DNA from: Ornithinibacter sp.
Lineage (GTDB): Bacteria; Actinomycetota; Actinomycetes; Actinomycetales; Dermatophilaceae
DNA: 55,563 nt
Reading direction: 5' to 3'
Assembly: GCA_035433045.1 (NCBI GenBank)
Contig: DAORUF010000004.1
Coordinates: 1 to 55,563, forward strand
Shown: positions 23,641 through 34,035 of the stretch, in pieces
Layout of the letters: the number at the start of each line of letters is the position of its first letter
Position numbering within the stretch: position 1 is the stretch's first letter
The notes under the pieces: generated by a model
Database searches by the model: none
The model's input: only the letters and a program-made list of their open reading frames with translations
What the model was told of the DNA's origin: nothing
Made by a program: the position numbers and the translations under genes

Positions 23641-23862
23641 TCAGCCGCCCCAGCCCCACCCGAGGCCCGTGTCGGTCCCGGACCTACCGTTCCCGCCCGG
23701 GACGACCAGGTCTTCACCGGCGGTCGCAGGCGCCTCACCAGACGCGCTCACGACGACCGTGGGCCCGACCGTGACGCCCTGCGACGCGGACGCCCCCGCA
23801 GGGGCACCGAGAGCCACCGCGACGAGTGCGGCGACAGCACACATGCTCCGAAGTCTGGTCAT
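23641..23862 (-). CDS. Small predicted secreted peptide (73 aa) ending GLGWGWGG
   Basis: GAAAGGA RBS 6 nt before ATG 23862; basic N-region, hydrophobic core AVAALVAVALG, ASA cleavage motif; stop lies 14-20 nt before the HD-GYP-like gene. Confidence 0.65.
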   Translation of the reverse strand: MTRLRSMCAVAALVAVALGAPAGASASQGVTVGPTVVVSASGEAPATAGEDLVVPGGNGRSGTDTGLGWGWGG

Positions 23863-24040
23863 GCCACGTCCTTTCATCCAGCGCCTCTCAACGTCCTTGC
23901 GGCGCCCTGAACCTCGAGTGTCCCACGACCGCGGAGGACCTCGGGTCTCCAACTGCCGCCGGTGTGCGACAATCGTGCGTGAACGTTGCTGCCCTTCGAG
24001 GCAGTCACGCGTATCGACTCCCCCGACGAAAGGCAGCCTG

Positions 24041-24115
24041 ATGAGCAAGCGCGCCCGCAAGCGTCGCTCGCGCAAGGGCAACAAGGCCAACCACGGCCGC
24101 AAGCCCAACGCCTGA
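24041..24115 (+). CDS. 50S ribosomal protein bL37 (actinobacterial, 24 aa)
   Basis: MSKRARKRRSRKGNKANHGRKPNA*; GAAAGG RBS; usual position next to rsrA. Confidence 0.92.
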   Translation: MSKRARKRRSRKGNKANHGRKPNA

Positions 24116-24135
24116 GCGCACGCACCGCACGACGA

Positions 24136-24169
24136 AACACCCGGCACGCCATGTGGCATGCCGGGTGTT
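24136..24169. terminator. Hairpin between convergent bL37 and rsrA
   Basis: aacacccggcacgcca-tg-tggcatgccgggtgtt. Confidence 0.6.
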
Positions 24170-24218
24170 CTGCGTCGCGGGTGGTCTCGCCTGAGCCCTC
24201 GGCCCGGACCTGCTGGCG

Positions 24219-24497
24219 TCAGCGCTCGTTCTCGACCTGGATCATGGTGATCCGGGCCATGATCTGGGTCCTGATGGCCATGGGGGCGGTCTCGCCCTGG
24301 CAGGAGCGCCGCACCACCTGCTTGAGGGCGACGTCGAGGTCGTGCTCGGCCAGACAGGGCTGGCACTCACCGAGGTGCGCGGCGACGCGGCGCACGTCGT
24401 CCGCGCTCATCTCGCCGTCGAGGTACTCGAAGATCCGGTGCAGGACCTCGGAGCAGTCGCCGTGGCCGGCGTGGGTGTCGTTGGCGTCAGGGGTCAT
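24219..24497 (-). CDS. rsrA: Zinc-binding anti-sigma factor RsrA/RshA
   Basis: DCSEVL...YLDGE and ZAS motif HLGECQPC; coupled to sigR. Confidence 0.92.
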   Translation of the reverse strand: MTPDANDTHAGHGDCSEVLHRIFEYLDGEMSADDVRRVAAHLGECQPCLAEHDLDVALKQVVRRSCQGETAPMAIRTQIMARITMIQVENER

Positions 24498-25132
24498 GAC
24501 TCCTCCTGGGTCCCGAAGCCACGCTCGCGGGCGTAGTCGGTGAGCAGCGCACGCAACTGGCGGCGGCCACGGTGCAGACGAGACATCACGGTGCCGATCG
24601 GCGTGCCCATGATCTCCGCGATCTCCTTGTAGGCGAAGCCCTCGACGTCGGCGAGGTATACCGCCATCCGGAAGTCGTCAGGAAGCTCCTGCAGGGCCCG
24701 CTTGACCTCGGAGTCGGGAAGGTGCTCCAGCGCCTGGGTCTCCGCGGACTTCAGCCCGGTGCCGGTGTGGGACTCGGCCCGTGCCAGCTGGTAGTCCTCC
24801 ACCTCGGCCGCGTCGGACTGCAACGGCTCGCGCTGCTTCTTGCGGTAGGTGTTGATGTAGGTGTTGGTGAGGATGCGGTACATCCACGCCTTGAGATTGG
24901 TCCCCGGCTGGTACTGGTGGAAGGCGGCATACGCCTTGGCGTAGGTCTCCTGGAGCAGGTCCTCGGCGTCGGCAGGGTTGCGGGTGGTGCGCATCGCTGC
25001 GGCGTACAGCTGGTCGAGGAGCGGCAGGGCCTCACGCTCGAAGCGGGCCTGACGGTCTGCCGTGGACTCGGTGGCGACGTCGATGGGCTCGGCAGGGCTC
25101 TCGTCGACGGGCGTGGTTGGAGTGGTCATCAC
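24494..25132 (-). CDS. sigR: ECF sigma factor SigR/SigH (thiol-oxidative stress)
   Basis: [63 protein letters not shown]; short form starts at GTG 25132 or ATG 25129. Confidence 0.93.
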   Translation of the reverse strand: MMTTPTTPVDESPAEPIDVATESTADRQARFEREALPLLDQLYAAAMRTTRNPADAEDLLQETYAKAYAAFHQYQPGTNLKAWMYRILTNTYINTYRKKQREPLQSDAAEVEDYQLARAESHTGTGLKSAETQALEHLPDSEVKRALQELPDDFRMAVYLADVEGFAYKEIAEIMGTPIGTVMSRLHRGRRQLRALLTDYARERGFGTQEES

Positions 25133-25137
25133 TTCCC

Positions 25138-25143
25138 AGCCTA
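25138..25143 (-). promoter_or_regulatory. Housekeeping-type -10 (TAGGCT), sigR p1-like, leaderless
   Basis: TAGGCT-gggaa-GTG on the minus strand. Confidence 0.6.
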
Positions 25144-25225
25144 TCCGGGCCCGGCGCGGGGCCGTGGTGTCGAGGACGAGCACGGTGTCGAACCTTTCGG
25201 ACGGCGAACTTCGGAACAGGTCGGT

Positions 25226-25252
25226 CAACACCACCTCTCCGTGGAGCATTCC
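25226..25252 (-). promoter_or_regulatory. SigR-dependent autoregulatory promoter (p2-like)
   Basis: Minus strand GGAAT-gctccacggagaggtggt(18 nt)-GTTG, matching the SigR/SigH consensus GGAAY-N18-GTT. Confidence 0.8.
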
Positions 25253-25275
25253 CCCCGACGTCCGAGATTCAGGGG

Positions 25276-25908
25276 TCAGCACCGCGAGAGGGCGGAGGTC
25301 ACCGCCGTCGCCACGAGGGCCGCGGAGCGCTCCAGGGAGTGGGTTCCCGCAACCTCGTGAACGGCTGCGCCCGTGAGGACCTCGCGCACCTCCTCGGGGG
25401 TTCCGAACGGGTCACTCACCCCCTGGATCACGTGAACGGTGATGCCGTGCCGGCCCGGTTCGCGCAGTTCCTCACCTCGCGATCGCTCGGGACGACCGGG
25501 CGGGTGCAGGGGGAACGACAGCGCCAGCACCGCGTTCGCCCCGACCGCGGCAGCCGTGCGGCAGGCGACCCGGGCGCCCGCGCTGCGCCCACCGACGACG
25601 AGCGGCCCCCCGTTCGGACGGTGGGCGTGGAGTGTCGGGAGCACCGCGAGCCAGGCGCGGTCCAGGGATGCCGGCTGGCCACCGATCCGCCGCCCGGCCA
25701 CGCGCCACGGTTGGTCGACGAGCGCGACCGTCCACCCGGCATCCACGGCTGCATCCCTGCTGGCGGTGACGTCGTCGGTCCAGCGCAGTCCGCCGGCACC
25801 GTGCCCGAGGACGAGCAGACCGACCGGGATGCCGTCGGGCTGGGTCACGGTGGTTCGCGCCGGCCCCTCGGGGGTCGCCACGAGCGCGGTCGTCTCTGAA
25901 CGGGTCAC
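25276..25908 (-). CDS. Alpha/beta hydrolase (KANL3/Tex30-like)
   Basis: [40 protein letters not shown]. Confidence 0.85.
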   Translation of the reverse strand: MTRSETTALVATPEGPARTTVTQPDGIPVGLLVLGHGAGGLRWTDDVTASRDAAVDAGWTVALVDQPWRVAGRRIGGQPASLDRAWLAVLPTLHAHRPNGGPLVVGGRSAGARVACRTAAAVGANAVLALSFPLHPPGRPERSRGEELREPGRHGITVHVIQGVSDPFGTPEEVREVLTGAAVHEVAGTHSLERSAALVATAVTSALSRC

Positions 25909-26744
25909 CTCGGGGCCCCGATGACCTCACCCGTCACCGGATCGACCACGCCGACGAGCTGGTCCTCGGGCAGGGGGTCGAGCAGCTGTGGGCCGTTCGC
26001 GCGGTTGCTGCTCACAGCGGGTGACACCGGCCAGGCGGTGAAGCGGCCCGGTGGGTAGGGCTCGAGCAGTCCCAGCACCTCGGCAGCCCCGGTTGCGGGA
26101 TCGAGCCAGGCGTCCCAGTGGCGTGGTTCGAGGACGATGGGGGCTCGGTCGTGGATCCGGTCGAGCCCCGGCTCTGCGGGCCCGGTGATCACCGTGAAGG
26201 TGGTGAGCCACGCCATCGGATCGTCGGGGTCGGCCACCGAGGGGTCGCGCCAGAACTCGTAGAGCCCCGCCATGGCGACGCTGGCGCCGTCGACCCGCGA
26301 GGTGAAGAACGGCTGCTTGCGGGGTTTGCCCTTGGCGTCCAGGGCGGTCGGCGAGACCTGCCACTCGTACCACCCGCGCGCCGGGACCAGTGCGCGCCTC
26401 GTCGCCAGGGCCTTGGCGAACGACGGCTTCTCGGCCACGGACTCGACCCGGGCGTTGATCATCCGGGCAGCGCCCCGGGTGTCCTTGGCCCAGCTGGGGA
26501 CCAGACCCCACGTGAGCAACCTCAGCTGGCGAACCGCAGGGGCGTCCCGGTCATCGCGCGGTGGACGTTCCAGCACCACGGGGGCCTGCTTGGTCGGGGC
26601 GACGTTGTGGTCGGGTCGCCCCGGGGGCGGCTCCTGCGGGGAGACGAGGATGCTGCGCGTGGGCTCCCCGGTGCGGTCGTCGTCGACCTCGAACTCGAGG
26701 ACGAGTTCGTCCGGATTGGCTGTCGCGGCATAACGACCACACAT
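25905..26744 (-). CDS. SOS response-associated peptidase (SRAP/HMCES family, abasic-site protection)
   Basis: N-terminal MCGRY, NVAPT, WGLVPSW, INARVE, GWYEW, IHDRAP. Confidence 0.93.
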   Translation of the reverse strand: MCGRYAATANPDELVLEFEVDDDRTGEPTRSILVSPQEPPPGRPDHNVAPTKQAPVVLERPPRDDRDAPAVRQLRLLTWGLVPSWAKDTRGAARMINARVESVAEKPSFAKALATRRALVPARGWYEWQVSPTALDAKGKPRKQPFFTSRVDGASVAMAGLYEFWRDPSVADPDDPMAWLTTFTVITGPAEPGLDRIHDRAPIVLEPRHWDAWLDPATGAAEVLGLLEPYPPGRFTAWPVSPAVSSNRANGPQLLDPLPEDQLVGVVDPVTGEVIGAPR

Positions 26745-26826
26745 ACGCTCAATCTACGCAGCGGCTGCGGGAGCAACTACCGTAGGAAGAGCACGTCCTC
26801 AATCGACGGAACCAACCGGAGACCCC

Positions 26827-27369
26827 ATGACACTCGTTCGTCGAGTCGCCAGACCCCTGCTCGCCGCGATCTTCATCGCCGGCGGCCTGGACCAGTTCAA
26901 GCACCCCACGGCGAAGGCGAAGACCGCCGGCCCACTGCTGGCGAAGGTCGGCCCCCGCGTCGGGCTCCCCGATGACCCCGAACTGCTCATCCGCGCCAAC
27001 GGGATGGCCATGGTCGGAGCAGGCGCGCTGCTCGCGACCGGGCACCTCCCCCGCGTGGCCTCGAGTGTCCTTGCCGTCACCCTGGTGCCGACGACCGTTG
27101 CGGCACACGCGTTCTGGAAGGAACAGGATCCCGAGGTGCGCGAGCGCCAGAAGGTGCAGTTCCTGAAGAACCTCGGCCTCCTTGGCGGCCTGCTCCTCGC
27201 GGCCGTCGACACCGAGGGCAAGCCCGGGCTGGCCTATCGGGCCCACCTCGCGAGCGACAGCGCCCACCGGGCGGTGCGCACCACGCGCCGCGAAGCCCGT
27301 CACGCGGCACGTGCCGCCGCTCGGGAGACGAAGCTGAAGGCGGTCCAGGCCCAGCATGCCCTCAGCTGA
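26827..27369 (+). CDS. DoxX-family membrane protein
   Basis: [32 protein letters not shown], basic C-terminal tail. Confidence 0.85.
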   Translation: MTLVRRVARPLLAAIFIAGGLDQFKHPTAKAKTAGPLLAKVGPRVGLPDDPELLIRANGMAMVGAGALLATGHLPRVASSVLAVTLVPTTVAAHAFWKEQDPEVRERQKVQFLKNLGLLGGLLLAAVDTEGKPGLAYRAHLASDSAHRAVRTTRREARHAARAAARETKLKAVQAQHALS

Positions 27370-28648
27370 TTGGGCCGCGCCGAGCGCCCACGGGCCGGTT
27401 GACGCACACGTCGTCCTCCCCGGCAGCAAGTCCCTCACCAACCGCTACCTCGTGCTGGCTGCCCTCGCGAATGACACCTCCCGCCTGCGGGCGCCGTTGC
27501 GGTCCCGCGACACGCTGCTCATGGCCGGGGCGCTGCGCACGCTCGGCGCCGAGATCGAGGACGTCCCCGGCGGCGACTGGATCGTCAGCCCCGGCCCGGT
27601 GCGCGGAGGTGGCCAGGTTGACTGCGGCCTCGCCGGCAACGTCATGCGCTTCGTCCCCCCTCTCGCCGGACTCGCGTCCGGGCCGGTCCGCTTCGACGGT
27701 GACCCCCACGCCCGGCAGCGGCCGATGGCTCCGGTGATCGGCGCGCTGCGAGCCCTCGGCGTCGATCTCGACGACGGCGGCTCCGGCAGCCTGCCGTTCA
27801 CCGTGAACGGGCGGGGCCGGGTGCCCGGCGGCTCCGTGACGCTGGACGCCTCGGCATCCTCGCAGTTCGTCTCCGGGCTGCTGCTGTCTGCGGCGCGCTT
27901 CGACGAGGGCGTCACCGTGCACCACGACGGTGGGGCCGTGCCGAGCCTGCCGCACATCGAGATGACGGTCGAGACGCTGCGCGATGCCGGGGTCGTGGTC
28001 GACGACGGCGAGGTGCACACCTGGCGGGTCGAGCCCAGTGAGATCAATGCGCTCGACGTCCAGGTCGAGCCCGACCTGTCGAACGCGGCCCAGTTCCTCG
28101 CGGCAGCGCTCGTCACCGGCGGCCGGGTCCACGTGCCCGGCTGGCCGCAGTACACGACCCAGGGAGGCGACTTCCTGCGTGACGTCCTCGACATGATGGG
28201 GGCCGAGGTCGTGCTCGACCGGGGCGGCCTGACCGTCACGGCCGGCGACGGCATCGCCGGCATCGACGTCGACCTGCACGACTCGAGCGAGCTGACCCCG
28301 GTGGTGGCAGCGCTCTGCGCGCTCGCCGAGGCACCGAGCGTCATCCGAGGGGTCGCGCACATCCGAGGCCATGAGACCGACCGGCTTGCCGCCCTGCGCA
28401 CCGAGCTGACTGCGCTCGGGGCACACGTCGTCGAGACCGAGGACGGGCTGAAGATCACCCCGGCGCCGCTGCGCGCAGGCCTTTTCCACACCTACGCCGA
28501 CCACCGCATGGTGATGGCTGGGGCCGTGCTCGGGCTCGTCGTGCGGGGCGTCGTCGTCGAGGACGTGGGCACCGTCGCGAAGACGATGCCCGAGTTCACG
28601 ACGCTGTGGGAGCGCATGCTGTCCGAGCGGGCCACGGCGGAGCGGTGA
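27356..28648 (+). CDS. aroA: 3-phosphoshikimate 1-carboxyvinyltransferase
   Basis: [40 protein letters not shown]. Confidence 0.96.
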   Translation: MPSADWAAPSAHGPVDAHVVLPGSKSLTNRYLVLAALANDTSRLRAPLRSRDTLLMAGALRTLGAEIEDVPGGDWIVSPGPVRGGGQVDCGLAGNVMRFVPPLAGLASGPVRFDGDPHARQRPMAPVIGALRALGVDLDDGGSGSLPFTVNGRGRVPGGSVTLDASASSQFVSGLLLSAARFDEGVTVHHDGGAVPSLPHIEMTVETLRDAGVVVDDGEVHTWRVEPSEINALDVQVEPDLSNAAQFLAAALVTGGRVHVPGWPQYTTQGGDFLRDVLDMMGAEVVLDRGGLTVTAGDGIAGIDVDLHDSSELTPVVAALCALAEAPSVIRGVAHIRGHETDRLAALRTELTALGAHVVETEDGLKITPAPLRAGLFHTYADHRMVMAGAVLGLVVRGVVVEDVGTVAKTMPEFTTLWERMLSERATAER

Positions 28649-29673
28649 TGGCGCGCTCCTCGCGGGACTACGACGAGTCCGACGTGCGGATTCGCCCCAA
28701 CCGCAGGGGCTCTCGACCCCGCAGCAAGGACCGCCCGGCCCACGAGGACGCCGTGCCCGGTCAGGTCATCACCGTCGACCGTGGCCGCTACACCACGCTC
28801 GTCGGAGACGGCGGCGACCGGCACGTCGTCATGGCCATGCGCGCGCGTGAACTCGGCCGCAAGGGCATCGTCGTCGGCGACCGCGTCGACGTCGTCGGCG
28901 ACACGAGCGGGGCTGATGGCAGCCTTGCCAGGATCGTGCGGGTCCAGCCCCGCGAGACCGTCCTGCGCCGTACGGCTGACGACACCGACCCGGTCGAGCG
29001 GGTGCTCGTCGCCAACGCCGACCAGCTCGTCGTCGTCTCCGCGTTGGCGAACCCGGAACCGCGACCCCGCCTCATCGACCGCTGCCTGGTCGCCGCCTAC
29101 GACGCCGGCATGGAGCCGCTGCTCGTCCTCACCAAGGCCGACCTCACCGATCCGGGCCCCTTCCTGGAGCAGTACGCGCCGCTGTCGGTCCGACACGTCG
29201 TCACCGCCCGCCGCGACACCGGCACCGACGGCCTCGACGCGCTGCGTGAGGCGTTGTCGGGGCGGGTCAGCGTGCTCGTCGGTCACTCCGGAGTCGGCAA
29301 GTCCACGCTCGTCAACGCGCTCGTCCCGCAGGCCCTGCGTGCGACAGGTGTGGTCAACGACGTCACCGGGCGGGGTCGGCACACCTCCTCCTCAGCCGTC
29401 GCGCTCGCGCTGCCGGACGACGACGGGTGGGTCATCGACACCCCCGGGGTGCGCTCCTTCGGGTTGGCCCACGTCGACCTCAGCCGCATCGTGCAGCACT
29501 TCGCCGACCTCGAGCCGGGCACGGCCACCTGCCCGAGGGGGTGCACCCACGACGAGCCCGAGTGCGGTCTCGACGCCTGGGTCGCCAGCGGGGATGCCGG
29601 GCCGGCCGGCGCCGCGCGACTGGACTCCCTGCGCCGGTTGCTGCGGGCCCGCTCAGCCCCCACCACCGACTGA
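28648..29673 (+). CDS. rsgA: Ribosome small subunit-dependent GTPase A
   Basis: VVGD, ANADQ, TKAD, GHSGVGKSTL, GRHT, DTPGVR, CPRGCTH..PEC. Confidence 0.95.
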   Translation: MARSSRDYDESDVRIRPNRRGSRPRSKDRPAHEDAVPGQVITVDRGRYTTLVGDGGDRHVVMAMRARELGRKGIVVGDRVDVVGDTSGADGSLARIVRVQPRETVLRRTADDTDPVERVLVANADQLVVVSALANPEPRPRLIDRCLVAAYDAGMEPLLVLTKADLTDPGPFLEQYAPLSVRHVVTARRDTGTDGLDALREALSGRVSVLVGHSGVGKSTLVNALVPQALRATGVVNDVTGRGRHTSSSAVALALPDDDGWVIDTPGVRSFGLAHVDLSRIVQHFADLEPGTATCPRGCTHDEPECGLDAWVASGDAGPAGAARLDSLRRLLRARSAPTTD

Positions 29674-29720
29674 TTGCACTGCAGCCACCCGGATCCGGGT
29701 GGCTGCAGTGCAATGAGTCG
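29667..29720. repeat. REP-like palindrome, copy 1 (54 bp, one mismatched pair)
   Basis: cgactgattgcactgcagccacccgga|tccgggtggctgcagtgcaatgagtcg; arms shared with 36727-36787. Confidence 0.75.
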
Positions 29721-29731
29721 CAGAGCGGGGG

Positions 29732-30940
29732 TCAGACCGTGGGGGGCCGGTGGTCCCCGCGCTGCTCGTCGATGAGGCGGGTGACGTCCTGCGGCGCGTA
29801 CGCCTGGTCGCCGGAGGACGCCTCGGACCGGTCGATCATCCGCTGGAGGTCTGCCGGTGCGTCGTCGGAGGCGACGGTGTCGCGCACGTCAGTGGACGCG
29901 AACCGCTCGTCGGGCACGACGCCAGAGACGTCGACGGTCTCGACGATGACCCGCGGCTCGGCGAAGTGACACGCCGAAAGGTGCGCCCCGACCCCGTCCG
30001 GGCGCTGCTCGAGTTGGGGTTCCTCGGTCTTGCAGCGGTCCTGGGCCTTCCAGCAGCGCGTGTGGAAACGGCATCCGGACGGCGGGTTCGCCGGCGACGG
30101 GACGTCGCCGACGAGCACGATCTGCTCGCGCTTGCCACGCAGAGTCGGGTCCGGCACCGGCACCGCGGAGAGCAGCGCCTGCGTGTACGGGTGGGTCGGA
30201 CGGGTGTAGACCTCGTCCTCCTCGCCGAGCTCAGCCATCCGGCCGAGGTACATGACGCCGACCCGGTCGGAGATGTGCCGCACCACCGACAGGTCGTGGG
30301 CGATGAACACGTAGGCCAGCCCGAGCTCGTTCTGGAGCTTTTCCATGAGGTTGACGACCTGCGCCTGCACCGAGACGTCGAGCGCCGAGACCGGCTCGTC
30401 ACACACGAGCACCTTGGGATTGAGCGCGATACCGCGGGCGATGCCGATGCGCTGACGCTGGCCACCCGAGAACTGGTGCGGGTACCGGTTGATGTGCTCG
30501 GGGTTCAGGCCCACGAGGTCGAGCAGTTCCTGCACCCGCTTGCGTCGACCACCCTTGGGCACGACGTCGCTGTGGATCTCGAAGGGTTCTCCGACGATGT
30601 CACCGACCGTCATCCGAGGGTTCAGCGAGGTGTACGGGTCCTGGAAGACTATCTGGATGTCGCGCCGCATCCGCCGCAGGTCACGCCCGCTTGCACCGCT
30701 CCAGTCGTCACCGCCGAAGATCACCTTGCCCGACGTCGGCTCCTCGAGGCGCATGAGCAGGCGGCCCAGGGTGGACTTGCCACACCCGGACTCGCCGACG
30801 ATGCCCAGGGTCTCCCCCTGGTGCAGGTCGAAGCTCACGCCGTCGACGGCCTTGACGTGCCCGACGGTGCGCCTGAGGATGCCCTTCTTGATCGGGTAGT
30901 GCTTCACCAGATCCTGAGCGCTGAGAATGACCTCAGGCAT
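29732..30940 (-). CDS. oppF: Oligopeptide ABC transporter ATP-binding protein
   Basis: [57 protein letters not shown]; start at ATG 30940. Confidence 0.9.
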   Translation of the reverse strand: MPEVILSAQDLVKHYPIKKGILRRTVGHVKAVDGVSFDLHQGETLGIVGESGCGKSTLGRLLMRLEEPTSGKVIFGGDDWSGASGRDLRRMRRDIQIVFQDPYTSLNPRMTVGDIVGEPFEIHSDVVPKGGRRKRVQELLDLVGLNPEHINRYPHQFSGGQRQRIGIARGIALNPKVLVCDEPVSALDVSVQAQVVNLMEKLQNELGLAYVFIAHDLSVVRHISDRVGVMYLGRMAELGEEDEVYTRPTHPYTQALLSAVPVPDPTLRGKREQIVLVGDVPSPANPPSGCRFHTRCWKAQDRCKTEEPQLEQRPDGVGAHLSACHFAEPRVIVETVDVSGVVPDERFASTDVRDTVASDDAPADLQRMIDRSEASSGDQAYAPQDVTRLIDEQRGDHRPPTV

Positions 30941-31964
30941 TGATGACCTCCTCGGCGTAGTGACAGGCCGAGAACCGGCCGGGCGTGACCTCGTGCAGCG
31001 GGGGAAGATCCGTGCGGCAGACGTCACGAGCCATGTGGCAGCGCGGGTTGAACGGACAGCCCGGTGGGATGCGCAGCAGGTTCGGCGGCAGGCCACCGAT
31101 GGCGGCCAGCGTCTGCCCCTTCTGGTCCAGGCGCGGGATCGAGTCGAGCAGGCCCTTGGTGTACGGGTGCGCCGGTCGGGCGTAGAGCTCGTGCACCTCG
31201 GCGGTCTCCACGAGCCGACCCGTGTACATGACGGCGATCCGGTCGGCGACGTCGGCGACGACGCCGAGGTCATGGGTGATGAGGATGAGGCCCATGTGGC
31301 GCTCTTCCTGCAGCTCCTGGAGCAACGCCATGATCTGGGCCTGCACCGTGACGTCCAGGGCGGTGGTCGGCTCGTCGGCGATGAGGACCGCCGGGTCGAG
31401 CGCGATGGCCATCGCGATCATGATGCGCTGGCGCATGCCCCCGGAGAACTGGTGCGGGTAGGCCTTGACCCGCTCGCGGGCCGCGGGGATCGAGACCCGC
31501 TCCATGAGGCCGATGGCCTTCTCGAGGGCGTCGCTCTTGTTGAGGCCACGGTGCACCCGGAACATCTCGGCGATCTGCCACCCCACCGGGAAGACGGGGT
31601 TCAGCGAGCTCAGCGCGTCCTGGAAGATCATCGAGATCTCCGGGCCACGCGTCTTGCGGCGCTGCTCCTCCGGCATCGTCAGCAGATCCTGACCGCAGTA
31701 GCGGATGTGGCCGCTCGGGATGACGGCCGGGGGCATGTCGAGGATGCCCATGATCGCCTGGGCGGTCACCGACTTGCCGGAACCGGACTCACCGAGGATC
31801 GCGAGCGACTCGCCCTGGCGCAGCTCGAAGCTGACGCCGTTGATCGCCGTCGCGACCCCGTCGGGGGTGTGGAACTCGACGAAGAGGTCTTCGACCTCGA
31901 GCAGCAGACCATCGACCGGCTGGTACTCGCTGCCGGCTGTCTGGGTGTCCTGAATGGTGGTCAT
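30933..31964 (-). CDS. oppD: Oligopeptide ABC transporter ATP-binding protein
   Basis: [45 protein letters not shown]. Confidence 0.9.
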   Translation of the reverse strand: MTTIQDTQTAGSEYQPVDGLLLEVEDLFVEFHTPDGVATAINGVSFELRQGESLAILGESGSGKSVTAQAIMGILDMPPAVIPSGHIRYCGQDLLTMPEEQRRKTRGPEISMIFQDALSSLNPVFPVGWQIAEMFRVHRGLNKSDALEKAIGLMERVSIPAARERVKAYPHQFSGGMRQRIMIAMAIALDPAVLIADEPTTALDVTVQAQIMALLQELQEERHMGLILITHDLGVVADVADRIAVMYTGRLVETAEVHELYARPAHPYTKGLLDSIPRLDQKGQTLAAIGGLPPNLLRIPPGCPFNPRCHMARDVCRTDLPPLHEVTPGRFSACHYAEEVINA

Positions 31965-31979
31965 GAGGCCTCCGTCGGC

Positions 31980-32903
31980 TCAGCGGTTCTTCGGGTCGAG
32001 GGCGTCGCGCACGGCATCCCCGAGGAGGATGAAGCCGAGCACCGCCAGCGACAGGAAGAGACTGGGGAAGAACAGCATGTGCGGGGTGGTGCGCAGACCG
32101 ACCAGCGCGGCACTGATGTCGATGCCCCATGAGACGGCAGGCGCCTGCAGGCCGATGCCGAGGAACGACAGGGTCGCCTCGGCAGCGATGTACCCACCCA
32201 GGGAGATCGTCGCCACGACGATGAGCGGCGCCACCGAGTTGGGCAGGATGTGCGAGCGCACGATCCGTGAGGGGCTGGCGCCCAGGGCCCGGGCCGCCTG
32301 CACGTAGTCATTGGGCTTGACCTGGATGACGCTGCTGCGCATGAGTCGAGCCATGCTCGGCCAGCCGAGCACGGCCAGCGCCAGGGACACCTTGAGCGCC
32401 CCGAGGAACGCGTTGGAGCTGAAGAAATCCGGCAGCGAGACCAGGAAGATGATGGCGCCGAGCAGCAGGGGAATGGCGAAGAAGACGTCGCCGACCCGCG
32501 ACATCACGGCATCCGCGGCACCGCCGAGGTAGCCGGACATGACTCCGATGAAGCCGCCGATGCTGACGGTGAGGATCGTGGTCAGGACCCCGACGAGGAT
32601 CGAGGCTCGAGCCCCGTAGATGCACCGGGCGTAGATGTCGTAGCCCTGGATGTCCCGGCCGAACCAGGTGCCGTCACCAGGGCGCGAGCGCGACTCCGCG
32701 AGCACCGCCTCGCGGGGGTCGGTGCTCGTGAACAGCGAGGGGAAGATCGCCATGAGCACGAAGATCGAGATGAGCACGGCGGAGGCCCAGAAGATCGGGT
32801 TCTTGCGCAGTGATCGCCAGGCGTCCGACGCGAGGGAACGGTTCTCGTCCGAGGACCCGTTGGGAGCGACGGTCTCGGAGACGACGGCAGCAGCTTCAGT
32901 CAT
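31980..32903 (-). CDS. oppC: Oligopeptide ABC transporter permease
   Basis: WFGRDIQGYD, GARASI, YVQAARALGAS, HILPNS, EATLSFLG. Confidence 0.9.
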   Translation of the reverse strand: MTEAAAVVSETVAPNGSSDENRSLASDAWRSLRKNPIFWASAVLISIFVLMAIFPSLFTSTDPREAVLAESRSRPGDGTWFGRDIQGYDIYARCIYGARASILVGVLTTILTVSIGGFIGVMSGYLGGAADAVMSRVGDVFFAIPLLLGAIIFLVSLPDFFSSNAFLGALKVSLALAVLGWPSMARLMRSSVIQVKPNDYVQAARALGASPSRIVRSHILPNSVAPLIVVATISLGGYIAAEATLSFLGIGLQAPAVSWGIDISAALVGLRTTPHMLFFPSLFLSLAVLGFILLGDAVRDALDPKNR

Positions 32904-33825
32904 GGCTGATCCTCGGGTCGAGCAGGCCGTAGAGCAGGTCCACGAGCAGGTTGACGAACAGGTAGACGATGACGAGCACGGTGACCGTGCCGACGACGGA
33001 GGCGCCGTCACGGGCCCGGATGGAGCGGAAGAGGTATCCGCCGATGCCGGGGATGTTGAAGATGGCCTCGGTGACGATGGCACCACCGAGCAGGGCACCG
33101 AAGTCGAACCCGATGAACGTGATGACGGGGATCATCGAGTTGCGCAGGGCGTGCAGACCGATGGCGCGACGCTTGGTCAACCCCTTGGCGACGGCCGTGC
33201 GCAGGTAGTCGGCGCGCAGGTTCTCGACCAGGCTCGTGCGCATCAGGCGGGACACGTAGGCCAGGGAGAGTGAGCCCAGCACCATGGCCGGCAGCATCAA
33301 CTCGTAGAAGGTGGGGTTCGAGGAGGTCACCGTCACGGGGAACCAGCCGAGCTTGACCCCGAGGAAGTACTGGCTCACACCACCGATGACGAAGACCGGG
33401 ATGGAGATGACCACCAGGGTCGAGATGAGCACCAGGTTGTCGAGGAACCCCCCTCGCCGGATGCCTGTCAGCACACCGACGAAGATGCCGATGATCGCCT
33501 CGAACGCGATCGCCATGAGGGCGAGCTTCGCGGTGACCGGGTAGCGCGTCTTCAACTGGTCGAGGACCGGGATGCCGTTGGTCGTCTCCCCGAGATCCCC
33601 CTGGACGAGGTTGCTGACGTACTTGGCGTACTGGACGGGGAGCGGGTCGTTGAGGTTGTAGCGCTCCCGGAACTCCGCGGCGTACGCGGGCGGGCACGGG
33701 CGCTCCCCGCACTTGCCGGCCAGTGGGTCGCCGGGGAGTGCGAAGACCATCGTGAAGATGAGGAACGTCGCTCCCAGGATCACCGGGATCATCTGCAGCA
33801 GTCGACGAATGATGTAGGTGCCCAC
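32896..33825 (-). CDS. oppB: Oligopeptide ABC transporter permease
   Basis: YIIRRLL, LPGDP, DYLRTAVAKGL, HALRNS, TEAIFNIPGIG, LLDPRI; AAGGAGG RBS. Confidence 0.9.
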   Translation of the reverse strand: MGTYIIRRLLQMIPVILGATFLIFTMVFALPGDPLAGKCGERPCPPAYAAEFRERYNLNDPLPVQYAKYVSNLVQGDLGETTNGIPVLDQLKTRYPVTAKLALMAIAFEAIIGIFVGVLTGIRRGGFLDNLVLISTLVVISIPVFVIGGVSQYFLGVKLGWFPVTVTSSNPTFYELMLPAMVLGSLSLAYVSRLMRTSLVENLRADYLRTAVAKGLTKRRAIGLHALRNSMIPVITFIGFDFGALLGGAIVTEAIFNIPGIGGYLFRSIRARDGASVVGTVTVLVIVYLFVNLLVDLLYGLLDPRISHD

Positions 33826-33960
33826 GTCACCTCCTTGCGTGTGGAGCCGTCAGTGCGTTGTCAGACGGCGTCGTCTCGGATGTACCGGGGATGAGCCTAG
33901 CCCACTCGCGGGGCTGCCGACACCCAAGGCGCCCCGGCGCCGAGAGTACGGGTGAGCACG

Positions 33961-34001
33961 GTCGTCGGCCTGCCAACACGGGGTGCTGGCAGGCCGACGA
34001 C
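33961..34001 (-). terminator. Hairpin between oppA and oppB (partial terminator or mRNA stabiliser)
   Basis: gtcgtcggcctgcca ... tggcaggccgacgac, 15-bp stem. Confidence 0.6.
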
Positions 34002-34035
34002 GGGTGCGAAGCCGGACCTTAGCGGCCCGACGAGG

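Noticed and set aside
23641-23862. GWGWGG peptide as a RiPP precursor (W-x-W crosslink type)
   Set aside because: No radical SAM, P450, YcaO or dedicated peptidase/exporter gene is adjacent, and it carries a Sec-type signal rather than a RiPP leader
25184-25282. Full 262-aa sigR as given in the ORF track
   Set aside because: That start lies upstream of the SigR-consensus promoter and lacks an RBS; starts at 25183 and 25132/25129 are better supported
25276-29673. SRAP/DoxX/aroA/rsgA next to sigR as a novel stress or defence cluster
   Set aside because: Matches the commonly conserved actinobacterial neighbourhood of sigR/sigH; not unusual
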